DNA of 64,000 bases from Protoeuglena noctilucae (Eukaryota), in NCBI GenBank assembly GCA_958009085.1, contig OY253688.1:248001-312000 (forward strand). The letters are read 5' to 3'. This document shows positions 50,699 to 62,226 of this stretch, piece by piece; position 1 is the stretch's first letter, and every line of letters begins with the position of its first letter. The notes under the pieces are model-generated. The model was not told the origin of the DNA and ran no database searches. It was given only the letters and a program-made list of their open reading frames with translations. The position numbers and the translations under genes were made by a program.

Positions 50699-51302
50699 CG
50701 GTTCAAACACGTCTGCAAAAGGAATTGCTACCGAGGCGAGAGTCCGCGTTGCCAATCCTAGGCGCAAGGGCGCACGGCAAGGCCAAAAGGAGCCAGCACG
50801 CGTCACGGGGCCAAGAGCCCATCAGGGGCAGCCACGGCCCGCGAGGCCTGGTCAGGACCCCGGATGGTGCTGGAAAAGTGCTGGGACAGTACTGGGAGTT
50901 GAGGGTGGGAACGGGGGGTTGCCGGTGGGCAACCGTGGAAGCCAATGCCTGTCAGTCATGGGGAGGGGTGTGGGAGAGGAGAGAAGGAGAAAGCAGAGGG
51001 GCGTCTCGCAACTGCCCTTGTTGCAGCGGCATCCATGATAAAGGCTCGGGAGCTAGGCGCGGACTGGGAGTAGGCTATCACAGGAAAAGGGCGGTCGAGC
51101 GCTGCGTGGTACGCGTGACCCGGTAGGGTTCGTCACTGAAGGCGCAGCTGTCCCGTACTACGAAGGGGCCGAGGCAAGTCTGAGACAGACCAGGGATGCA
51201 TGCGCCCAGCCCTGGTCTGGAGACCGTCACCCCGGTCATTCCTGAAACGGCGGCTACGTGATATTGGGGCGCAAGCCTAAACATCGGAACGCATCTGAGC
51301 GC

Positions 51303-54300
51303 TCAGCCCATCAGGAATTCCTCCATCTCCTGCGGGCTGAGCCTCACAGGCCCAGTGCTGCCGGAAGGGGCGATGGTGCGCAACAGACGGTCCAGCCCCT
51401 CAATCAGAGCGCCCGACGTGGGGCGCTCCTTGGGATCTGCGGAGAACGACCGCCGGCAGGCGTGAGAGAGCGAAAGAAGACCTGAGCGGTTGGATAAGCA
51501 TGATCACAGCCCCGCTTGCCTTTGGATGTGCAGGCTCGGATGAGGTCCGCGACGTCGGCGGGGACGGTGCTGGGAATGGCCACGGGGCTGTCGGATCTGC
51601 GTGAAATCACGAGCGACACTCTTAGTCCCCCGCTGCAGGCCCCGTCAGGGTCGGGGCGCATAGAACGCAGCCCGCGTCGCCCGCACCTCCCTCGCTCCGC
51701 TGCGATCCGCGCGACGACGTCCTTGTGTACCATTTGGTTCGGCGTGCGCAGCACGTTGTCCTGGATCGACGCGCTGGGCTGCGGCGAGGAGGCTGTCGAT
51801 GAGGTTAGACGTCCACGTGACCCCACAGCGACTGCCAGGCCCAGCAGCGCAACTCCATAGCAGCAGCCACGAGTGCCTTGCTCTCTCTCGCCTTGAAGGG
51901 TTCGACTCCCGTGAGTGCGAAGATGAGGACGAGGCCGAGGGAGAAGACGTCGGCAGAGGGCAGGACGGGGCCGGAGATGAAGCGCTCGGGGCCGTGGAAG
52001 CGGACGCCGTAGCCGATGCAGAGCGGGGGCCGGCCCGACGGGGACGCGAGGAGCTGGCAGAGGCCGTAGTCCTCCACCTTGTAGGCGAGGCCCGAGGCGC
52101 GGGCGGGGGCCGGGTGGACCTTGATGCTGCTGGGGGAGAGATTGCCGTGCACGACGCCGTGCGTGTGGAGGTGCTGCAGGGCGCGGGCGCAGTCGAGGGC
52201 CATCTCGAGGGCCGGGGCGCACGAGGCGGGCTGGGCCTCGTCGGCGCGGAAGGCGCCCCTCCGGATGTGGGGGAGGAGGGAGCCGACCTCCGACCGCTCC
52301 ACGACCACCCACGTCTCCCAGAGGAGCGTCTCGTTCAGGAACTCGAGGCTCCCGGAGCGGCCCGTGGAGGGTGCCAAGTCGGCGGGGGGCGTGAGGTAGC
52401 GGGACGTGGATGCCCTGCCGGCAGCACCCGTGCCCAGGACTGCGGCCGGGAGCGAGAGGACGCAGGGTGGTTCAGCACAGCGGGGCATGTCGTGGAAGAA
52501 CAACAGCCGGCGAAAAAGGGCGAGGCGGGGGCGATGGCTGCGGCCCGTCCGATCGGCAGCCCCCCACGCCCTGCACTCGCCTCCCGCCAGCACCGAAGAG
52601 ATCTTCTCGCGGCCGGGCAGCGACTCCGCGCCATCCGTGACGCGGGCATCCGACGCCTGGTCCTCCGGGATCGGCGGGGCGGCGTCGAGGGCCCCGACCG
52701 ACGCCGCGTCCCTGCCCCGTGGCCCCGCGGAGGTCAGGCGCGACTCCCAGGCCATGCCGCCACCGCCGCGGCACAGGTAGGCCGTGCCGCCCTCGACCAT
52801 GACCAGCTCCCCGCCGCCCGACGCCGCGAGCCCCTCGACCGGGACGCGGTCGACGAGCGGGTGGCGCGAGACGGCGTGGCAGGCGTAGTGGAAGGGACGG
52901 ACCACGTTGGGGTGCACCCCGGCGCACGAGAGCATCTGGTCGAGCATCCCCGTGAGCGCGAACGCCTGGTCCTGGTCCGGGCCCAGGTGCCGCAGGACGC
53001 ACACGTCCACCTCGGCCCCACGCCACGTGGCGCGGTACCGGACCTGACTCAGGCCCGACGCGGGCACCTCCTCCTCGAGGGTCAGGTCGGACACCAGGGG
53101 CTGGCGCAGGACGTCGAGGGAGCCGCGGCGCAGGTTCCGCAGCGATGGCATCAACACGCCGGGGTCAAGGGAGCCCCGGGGCAAGGCGCGGCCCGCACGG
53201 CCGGGGGCGGTGCGGTCGGGGGGCGAGCCTTGGGTGGCCTGGAGGGCGGGGCGGGAGGAGCGGCGTCGCGCGACAGCATCAGGGCAACGGTTGTGGAAGC
53301 CTGGTGCTCACCCCGCTCGGCATAGGCTGGCTCACCTTGGCCGTGCGTGGCTTGGAGACGGATGGCACCGCCGGGGCAGCGCGCTTGCGGGAGGGGATCC
53401 TGGGCATGTGCATGGAGGCCCGCTTCCACGCCTCCAGCTCGTCCCTGCGGTTCTGGGACATGGACTTGTAGCTCTCAATGACGCTCGACTGGACGCTGCC
53501 GGAGAGCTTGGCGCGGCTGGTGAGGCCCTCGGGGAGGTCGATGCGGGCCGCGAGGACTCCCGTGGGGAGCGGCAGCGACTCCAGCAGCGACACTTCGGAT
53601 CCCAGGCCTGCGGACCACCACCGGCAGATCAGCTATTCGCGAGCCTCCAGGGCGAGGCAGCAACCTGCCCCCTCGCTCCACGACTCCCACAGCGACACGA
53701 CGACGCCGATGACGCCACGGCGGCGTGGACTGGCGCCCCACTCACCGACGCTCTCCTGGCCAACGCTGACGGCGCCCTGGAGCCCGCTTGTGGCCGGCGC
53801 ATGCGACTTGCGCATGGGGCTGTTGGCTGCGCTGGAACCAGGGAGCTGGCCCCGCGTACGCAGGAACGTGTCGGGTAAGGACCCGTGCGTCCGGAGCCCG
53901 TCCGCGATGGACTTGGAGCTCGCGATGTCCGTCGCTGCCCGGACGCCCAGGGTGATGCTGAGCGTGACCGAGCACTGCAGGGGACGGTGCGTGTCGACTC
54001 GCGGAGCTGTCAATGTGCGGGATGCCCTGTGAGACCATCGAGCACAGCTGCATCTGCGGGAAACCCGAACAAGGGCCCAGGCGCCCCAAGGCACGCACCT
54101 TGAAGCTCGCCGACGCCGATTCGTTCCTCGCCGCCTCGAACGTGACTGGGCTCTCTTGCGGCATAGGGACGTCCTGCGGCCTCGAAAGCACCGACCACAG
54201 GCCCCGGCCCCACCACACAATCCCCAAACGGTCCGCATGGGCCGCGAAGCCCTGGCTGGCGCAGATGATTGGCCAGTCCTCCTCCAGCGTATTAACGATG

Positions 54301-55565
54301 ACGACGATGCTCTGGGCTGGCCCCACCATGGGCCTGCAATACGTGAGAGTGGGGGTGCGGGGTGTGGGGGCTGGAGAGGGGGACTCCCAACGAGGGGGGT
54401 GCGGGACTGGGGCAGCAATGCCATCGCCATCTCCCCTCCTCTCGCCGCTTATGCGCAACAGCGGGGCGGCTCTGCGATCCGGTGCATTCGTGCCGGATCA
54501 CGGTCCTCGCACCCCAGCCCCACCCCACTCACCCGACCAACTGGGTGGCCGCCGCGACGTGCTCCGGGCTGCTCTCTGGGAGCGGCGGGAACGCCCGCAG
54601 ACCCGAGGCTTCTGCGGCGCGCCGGATGACGCCGAGGTCGCCGGCCATGGTGTCCATCATCAAGAACATCTCCCAGCGGTCCGGCGACATGGCCAGGGGC
54701 GCGCGGGACAGGACCAGCGCAAAGCCGAGGCCGCCGCTGAGGGGCTGCGCGGCGAGGCCGGCAAACTCAGCCGGACGCGTGAAGGGCCCTCGGCCGTTCA
54801 GCCACGCGTGCGCGGCGAGATCGTGGCGGGTGCGCACGTCCTCCACCAGCACGGGCCCCCCGGACGCGAACGACTCCTCGCACACGAGCGGGAGGTCCTC
54901 CGCGCGGAAGACGTATGTCTCCGGACGCGAGAAGAGTCGAATGACAACGCAGTGCGCCATCCCGCCGGACACCGTGCCCACGACCATCACGTCCACTCGT
55001 AAAATCCCGCGGACGATGCTGGCCATGGAGCCGATGCCTGACACGCCCTGGGGAACACACAGAGGCCGAGAGCGTCAGTGCGAGGACGCCAGGAGCGCGG
55101 AGGGGCTGAAGCGCGCGCAACAGGGGCCTGCGGCGAGTGAAAGGCCAAGCGGAGGGCCGGAGCCGCACAGCATGCCTGCAAACGGGGGTCAAATTCTTCG
55201 ATGACCGCCGAAGTTGCCGCCGTCACGTTGGGCCGGACGGAGTGTGGCCGGCTCAGTGATGCCGAACGTGGCCCTGCAAGCGAGGGGAGGGGGAGTTAGA
55301 GGCCGGGCCAGCTGCTCGCACGGCAGCGCGATCGTCACGACTTGTGGCTCTGACAGCACGTCCCGCGAGCACCAGTCGCGCGAACGGTGACGCGATCACG
55401 ACATGCCAGCCGCGCATCCGCAGAGAGCTCACCTGCAGCCGCCTTCGCCCCATCGCTCGTGCCGTCCTCAACCTCCACCCCGGTCGTCTCCCTGGTCTTA
55501 TTCACGGCAGACACCCCCCGGGAGCTCCCCGCGGTCCCTCCTGGCTTGGACCCCGTGCACCCCAT
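51303..55565 (-). CDS. Myristoylated GAF-PAS-TKL-type kinase-like protein, probably a pseudokinase
   Basis: Starts MGCTGSK. GAF-like PVLVEDVRTRH...FAGLAAQPL. PAS-like VIVNTLEEDWPIICASQGF. Kinase fold YRATWRG, HPNVV, WETWVVVE, DCARALQHLH...VVHGNLSPSSI, VEDYGL, GPE, ADVFSLG and DPKERPT. Confidence 0.8.
51437..51519 (-). other. GC-AG intron in the kinase-like gene
   Basis: AAG|GCAAGC...CGCAG| restores subdomain XI, CTSKDPKERP. Confidence 0.83.
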
Positions 55566-55940
55566 CTTCTCCGCGGGGCAGCGAGGAGCGGAACTGCCAC
55601 CGCTGATTTTGGCAATGTCTCATCGGCGAGCGCGCGCTGGCCCTTCAGCGCGCGCGATGACGCGATCCATCCGAGGCACGCGCCTCGGTCCGACCTCACG
55701 CGAGCGGCACCAAAAACCACTTTCCGAGTCGCCGAACGTGCCAATGAACATCACGGATTAAGATCGTGTGGTTTTGTGCGTCCGCAGGGACCCCTACACA
55801 TTTGAACGCATTTGAACGCATGCGGCAGCTGGTGTGGAACACAGAACACATAACGGGGGGTGCCAAAGGGCTCCGGGTGCATGTTATTGCTGCACCACTT
55901 GCTATCAGGTCGTAGAAGCAGGAAATTTAGATTACACATC

Positions 55941-58900
55941 TCAAGTCTTAAGGACGAGCATGCCGAGGTCGGAGCTCAGGGCGTTCACAATAGCCGTCTC
56001 CATTCGCCCTTTCCCTGCGCCCAAGGGGTGGGATGAGGGTGAGCTCATAAGGGTTAGCTCATCTCCCCCCGCGCATTTCCCCGGCACTCCACCGAACCGA
56101 TGCATGCTACAAGCAGTTATACCACCCCTCAACACTCGCCTTTAATGTCGACTTCCTCGAAGCGCAGCACTGCCTGGATGTTGGCGGGGAGCCGCGACGC
56201 GGTGGCCTTGGTCAGGCGAATGTGGCCCGGTTTGGCATTGCTCTCCATGCGGGCCGCCACGTTCTGCGTGAGGCAAGCGCATTCGTTGGGCCACCCGAGC
56301 CTTGGCTCCCACTCTGTGGCACCCGCCCTACCCCGTCTTGCTCACCAGCGTGTCCCCGCACAGCGTCAGCAGCGTGCGCCGCGTCCCAATCACCCCTCCC
56401 GCCACCGGCCCCGAGTGGATGCCCACGCGGATCTTCAGCTTTCCTGTGCCGTCAGCCTTGTCCACTTGCGCCGCCAGCGCCACCATCGACACGGCGATCC
56501 GCAGTGCCATCAGCGGGTGCTGGGGCTCTGGCCGCTGCAGGTTGACCGCCACCACGTACGCGTCACCTACCGTCTCATACTGCGCGGGCGACAGGCAAGG
56601 ACAGAGTGAGGGCGATGCTCAGCAAAAGCATCCTCCGTGGCCATGTGGAAAACGTGCACCGGCACACAAACAAAGATCTCACCTTGTAAGCGCCCAGCGA
56701 CTCGACCATGGCGTCCAGGCGAGAGAAGTATCCATGAAGCATGCTCAGCACATCGATGGGAGCGCTGTGGCTGCTCATGTCCGTGTACGATACCACGTCG
56801 CTGCGGGGGCGTGTGTGTGTGCGTGCTTAGGCCAGGCCAACGCGCCGCTGGAGGCATATGCCGCCGCTGGATCCGCACCTGAACACCATGGTGACGTCGT
56901 CGTACGTCTTAAAGAAGACCATGTTGTGCCTCGCGGCCACGCTCGTGTTGACCGTCTGGAGGCCTTTGGCGCCTCGCTCGCTCGACGCCCGCTGTCCGAC
57001 GGACGACTCCACCGGCGCATTGGACAGCTCGGACGCGCGGCGGTCAACCACGACGCGAGGAGGCAACATGCTTTCTGCTGTTTCTGGGAGCTTGCCATCC
57101 AGGGACTGCTGGCGGACGTCCTAAAAGCACGGCAGAGACACGGAATGTGGTCCCTCAAGCTTGCACCCGATCGTTTCGCGTCAAACGCACCGCCTGCCCC
57201 TCCCGTTGCTTGCGTCGCACCTTGGAGATGGTCTTGTGGACAGAGAGATGCGTGGCACTGGGCTCCTTCTCTTGGTTCCCCGCCCACACGCGCCCGTCGT
57301 TCCCCGGCATGGTGTGCATGAGGGCCTCGGCGACATCGTCTGGCACGAGGTTGCCGATGGCGGCGTCACGGAATCGAACGGAATCTGGGATGGGGGTGAG
57401 AGCCACAGCACCATTCGCCATGCAATCTCAGCTGCCCCAGTCCAGCTCAGCTTGCCGATGCATGCGAAGAGCACCTGAAGAGGTCTTGCGCCACATGCCC
57501 AGAGCCAGGGGCAGCAGCAGGAGCCAGATCACATGGAAGGAGACGTGTCTGGCGGTCAGCAACGCGACGATGATACAGTAGATGGCGCCCACGAGTGTCA
57601 CCCAGCCCACGGCGTACACTAAGACACCTCCCAGGGACACGGCATAGACCGCCGAGTCCAGCCACTTGTACAGTCTGCGCACCACGCGGGCGAGCGCCCT
57701 CTCCGCCACGACGAGGGGGGCCGAAAACGGGCTTTGGACCTCGCCGGTGGCCCAGGGGGCCCAGCCGACAGTGTCGAGAACCACTTGGCCCGCAACAAAG
57801 GCAGCCATGCTCAGGAGCGCCATGCCGACGGCCTGGCCCCATTCCACGCGTCCCTCGGGCCACACGCCCGCGTGCGAGACGAACGCCAACATAGATGCGA
57901 AGCAGCTCGCCGCGGACAGGCATTGCGCCAGCACCGACGTTGCCGCTGACACCGCGTTGAGGAGCCCAATGCCGCAGGCGATCCTGCGCGACAAGGTCGG
58001 GTCCCGGATAGTCTCTCGGCCTTCGCAACTGATAACTGCCCCCTTGCCAGTCCCGCCGCCAGTCGCTGCATGGCGCTGGCACACTCACGAGGCCATGTCT
58101 GCTGCTGTAATGGCGCTCCCTGCCGCAGCCAGGACTTGGCCGGCTGGGATGAGGAAGAAGGTCGACAGGACGCGTGGGACCACCAGCGCCTCGGACAGCC
58201 ACCACTGGAGGGCCCCGTGCGTCGCCCAGTTGCCCACAGAGAGCGCCACGGCTGCGATGTGCAGCGCAGACACCGTCACGTCAAGCGCAGCCGCCGCCTC
58301 ACACCCCGGCAGCCCATCCTGCAAATGCCACACACGCCGGGTTCCACGCAGCAACAGGGCTCCCTGCGGGCATCACGCCCCCACACACGCGGGACTGCCA
58401 CGCACCGTGACGCGCATGTCCACCCATGGCTGCTGCCCCGAGCAGAAGCGGAGCGCGAGGAGGTGGTGCCAGAACGTGTTGGCAAAGAAGAGGATCACGC
58501 AGAAGGCGGCTAAGCACCAGGGATGGCGAAAGCGGATGGACAGGGACGACGCCTCCCGCAGAAACATCAGCCTGCGTGCGAGCACGAGAGACCGAGCTTC
58601 ACCGCAACAAGGGGCCAGCGAGTGCTTTGGTGATAGAGAAGCTAGGCCGAACTGTCGACTCTCACTTGAGCAGGCGGATGGTGCGGGGGACGCTTTCGGC
58701 AGCCCGCTCTTCTGGAACCGTCGCCATCTCGACCAGGGCCGACACCAGCTCCGCAGCTGCGTCCTCCTGCTGCCATTGCGAGCTCGCGCGGACCAGCGAG
58801 TAGGTGCGGGCCTGAAAGGAAGGTCTTATTGACGGATGAACTCCGCGAGTGCGGACGGGTCACTGCTACCATGCCATGGCTTTCACCTTCCCCAGCCCGC

Positions 58901-59540
58901 CCTCAATGCCCGATCCAAACGCCTGCGCGTGCTCCCGCTCGCTCCTCCCCGTCACCCGGGGATCATCATTCAACGGACGCTGTTGGACGTGGAGAGCGAA
59001 CGGGTCGTGAGTTCCCCTTGTTTCCGAAAGGTTTGTACATGTGCGCTGCGCTCGCTCATGGGCTCACCCCTGCCTTGCGGAAAGAGCCCACAGCTTCGAT
59101 CGCGTGCAACAACTTTGGCGGAAGCTTCAAATCCAAGCTTTGCCGGCCAGGGGTCCCAGGAGCGTTGGATCTGCAGGCGGTTCACGCTCATCTCGTCATC
59201 GTTCACGACCGGCATTCCTGGTTGACAACGTAGGCAATGCTGACGATCGGCGCCCAGTTTGAGGTCGTGGACCCACCGAGTCTTCGCCCCATCTCACCTG
59301 CCGGCATCGGCGAGTGTGCTGCGCGTGTGCGCTCTTCGCGAATGGGAGCCCGCCAACTCCTGCTTGCTCGTAGCCCTAGCAGCGTTGCTAGCGCCTGCCC
59401 CGTCCTCCACGAGGACGCTCAGGGGCCCGGCAGCTGTCTCCATTGCCGCTCCTCTCACACCATCTCTGCTCAATCGCAGCCCAACGGGCGGCCACCTGCA
59501 AAGCACTCTGACCATCCGCGCTGTCGCAGCGGGAACATCC
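55941..59540 (-). CDS. Class III nucleotidyl cyclase with a multi-TM N-terminal region; 5' end approximate
   Basis: DVTMVFSDVVSYT, LHGYFSRLD, AYK|YETVGDAYV, IRVGIHSGPVAGGVIG, LTLCGDTL|NVAARMES and DIK|GKGRMET. Several hydrophobic segments at ~57480-58530. Confidence 0.9.
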
Positions 59541-59690
59541 ATGACGGCGCAGTGCCAGCAACTGTCAGTCGTTTCTTGAGCTGCAAGCTTGGCTGTCGGC
59601 GCTGAGCGCAACTGCCACTTTCCAAGTTGCCGTATCCGCTTTTTTGTTCTCTGGGAAGCTCTGTAGGCCCGGTGGCCGGGCCGAGCGAGC

Positions 59691-62035
59691 ATGTCATGCA
59701 TGCCCGGGCCGTCCAGACTGGCTCCATGCGGTTGGTCGCCGACGACCAAGGCAGCCGGGCTGCTAGGGTTACCTCTGAGAAACGTGCATCGGATGCGCAT
59801 GGGTTACTCCCCCCTCTACGCCGCTGGCCCGCAAAATCAGAGTGGTCGTCACGAGCTCCCCTGCCCCGTCCTGTGGCAGCATCTAGGGGCGCCGATGCTA
59901 CCGGCGATGGTTCAAGTAGCTGCTTCTTTGCTCGTAGCCACTTGTGTGCTGGTTGGCCCGCCGCCGTCTTCGGCTGCAACCATCGGCACAGGTGACTCGG
60001 CGACGACTCTGTGACATTGTCGAAACAAGAGGTAGTTTGATGGTTTCCTGGGACCTGTCTTGCGACCCCTGACCGCAGTGACGGAGGGACGGGCGTCGGC
60101 CTACACGGTGGGAGGGCCCAGTGCCGCCCCGGCGCGCGCTGGCGTTGCGAATGTCGCGTCTGCGGCAGAGGACGACGCCAAGATGGCGCTTCGCAGAATT
60201 GATTCCGCACTGGAGAGCGCGCTGGGATCGGTCATGCCGGGGCCCAGCGTGGGAGAAGAGGGGGAGGAGGTGAGGGTGTTGGGCACGTGCTGGTGGCAAA
60301 CCCATTTAGGCACAGGCGACGTCAAGAGTGTCGGTGGGAGTCTGACAGACCAACCGCCGTGTCTCCACGAGAGCCTGTCCTTGCGCCCCCTGCACTTCAG
60401 CAAAGCCGCTGCGGCTTCCTTCGCATGCAGGCGCTGCGTGTGCTGGTCTCTGAGGTCTGGGAGGTCGTGGACGGTGCGTACGCGGACGTCCGAGGATCGG
60501 GGTTCAGCCATGAACGGTGGCGAGCCCTGAGGGACGAGGCGCTGTCCAAGCCCCTGCGATCGCGCGCTGCGGCTGAGGTGCGAGCAGCGCTGAGAATCGT
60601 CGGTCCGCTATGGGACCGCAGGAAGTAGGCCAGCGTGACAGATTCGTTTTCCGCGTCTGCAAGCTTCATCTCGCTGGGTGCAGCGCAAGCCCAGCCGCTC
60701 ACCTGAGGCTGGCCCTGAGCACCAGGCACCAGCTGATGGGTGCTCCCTTGCGCCCCTTCCGCAGCAAGCCATCCGTAGGATGATCGTCTTGGGCGTCGGA
60801 GACCCGTACACGCGGTACCTGACGCGGGACGAGTTCCGCCCCATGCTCAAGTATGACGTTTCTGGCGTGGGGATTAACCTGGGCACAGCGGAGGACCTGG
60901 AAACAAAGGTCAGGCCCGCGATGCCACAGCGGCGCTTGTGATTTCTGCCATGCGCACAGCGTTGCTCCGCATCATGCGCCAGGCTGCTTGTCACCCTCCT
61001 CATGGGCTGGCGGGCACCCTCACATGCGGAACGGTACCCGCCACCGCAGACGGGTCTCAAGCCGCCCAGCCCCTCCGGCGTGTACGTAGTCGGCCTTATC
61101 TCCAAGGGCCCCGCGTCGGCCGCGGGCGTGCGCCAGGGCGATCGAGTGGTGTCAGTCAGCGGCGCCCCCACCCAGGGCCGGTCCCCGTTCGAGGTCGCGT
61201 CGGCCATCCAAACGTCCGCAGAGTCCCCGTTGCGCATCGCGGTCGAGTCCCTGGACGGCACTTCGCGCACCGTGAGCCTGGACCGCCCACCCACCGCGGC
61301 GCCCCAGTCGCCCGTCAAAGCCGAGGTCCAGCCCCGGGGGTGGCAGGGGCGGGCATACCCTGTGGGGCTCATCCGCCTCGAGGCGATGAACGCGCTCGCG
61401 GAGAGGGACGTGCGGGCGGCGGTGCGGGACATGGAGGCCGCGGGGGCGAGGGAGCTCGTGCTGGACTTGCGGGACAACCGGGGAGGCCTCGTGTCCGAGG
61501 GCATCGAGGTGGCCCGGCTCTTCCTAGGAGAGGGTGAGGACGGGGTCTCAGCGCTCGCACATTTGCTGAGATATACCAATGGTGCTTCTGCATGTATGCC
61601 TCAAGAGATGACATGTCGTGATTTCAATCCTGTTCATGACCCCGCGTCCACACTGCAGGGGCGACGATCGTGAGGACGGAAGGTTCCCGGACGCCCCGGG
61701 AGCCCCAGGTTGCCACGCAGCCGCCCCTCACGTCCCTGCCCCTGACGGTCCTGGTCAGCGGCCGCACGGCCAGCGCGGCAGAGATCCTGGCCGGAGCGCT
61801 GCACGACAACTGCCGCGGCGTGCTCGTGGGCGATCGCACCTACGGCAAGGGCCTCATCCAGTCCGTCTACGAGTTGTCGGATGGCTCGGGGCTCGTGGTG
61901 ACGGTGGGGCATTACCTCACGCCGGGGGGCACCGACATTGACCGGACGGGCGTGAAGCCTGACTTCAGGAACGTGCCATCCGCCGAGAAGGCGCAGGAGA
62001 CGCTGGCCCTGTGCAGGGCGCCGCGGGGGGCCTAG
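59691..62035 (+). CDS. ctpA: C-terminal processing peptidase (S41A, CtpA family) with PDZ domain
   Basis: GDPYTRYL, VSGVGINL, GPASAAGVRQGDRVVSV (PDZ), VLDLRDNRGG, TASAAEILAGALHDN (catalytic Ser), TYGKGLIQSV (catalytic Lys) and YLTPGGTDID. The N-terminus looks like a bipartite transit peptide. Confidence 0.95.
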
Positions 62036-62226
62036 GAGGGTCTCAGTGCCAGTATAGCAAGGGAGGGGGATGTCGAGGGCGTGCGGCACGACTGCCGTGA
62101 TTGAACGACCTGGCGTGCACGTGCCTCGCGCTGCGATTAGCTGCAAATCAATCACAGCAACGCTACCCTAGCCGTTTGCTGCCGGCAACTGCCACGTCAG
62201 TGCCAGAGCACGTGCATGGTACGGTG

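Noticed and set aside
55799..55822. Short tandem duplication CATTTGAACG x2
   Set aside because: Only two copies, with no associated element, TSD or array.
32651..62035. Functional cluster of plastid/PSII genes (CLC, SS2, RBD1, DUF819, CtpA)
   Set aside because: They are interspersed with unrelated genes, and plastid-targeted genes are common in algal nuclei, so chance suffices.
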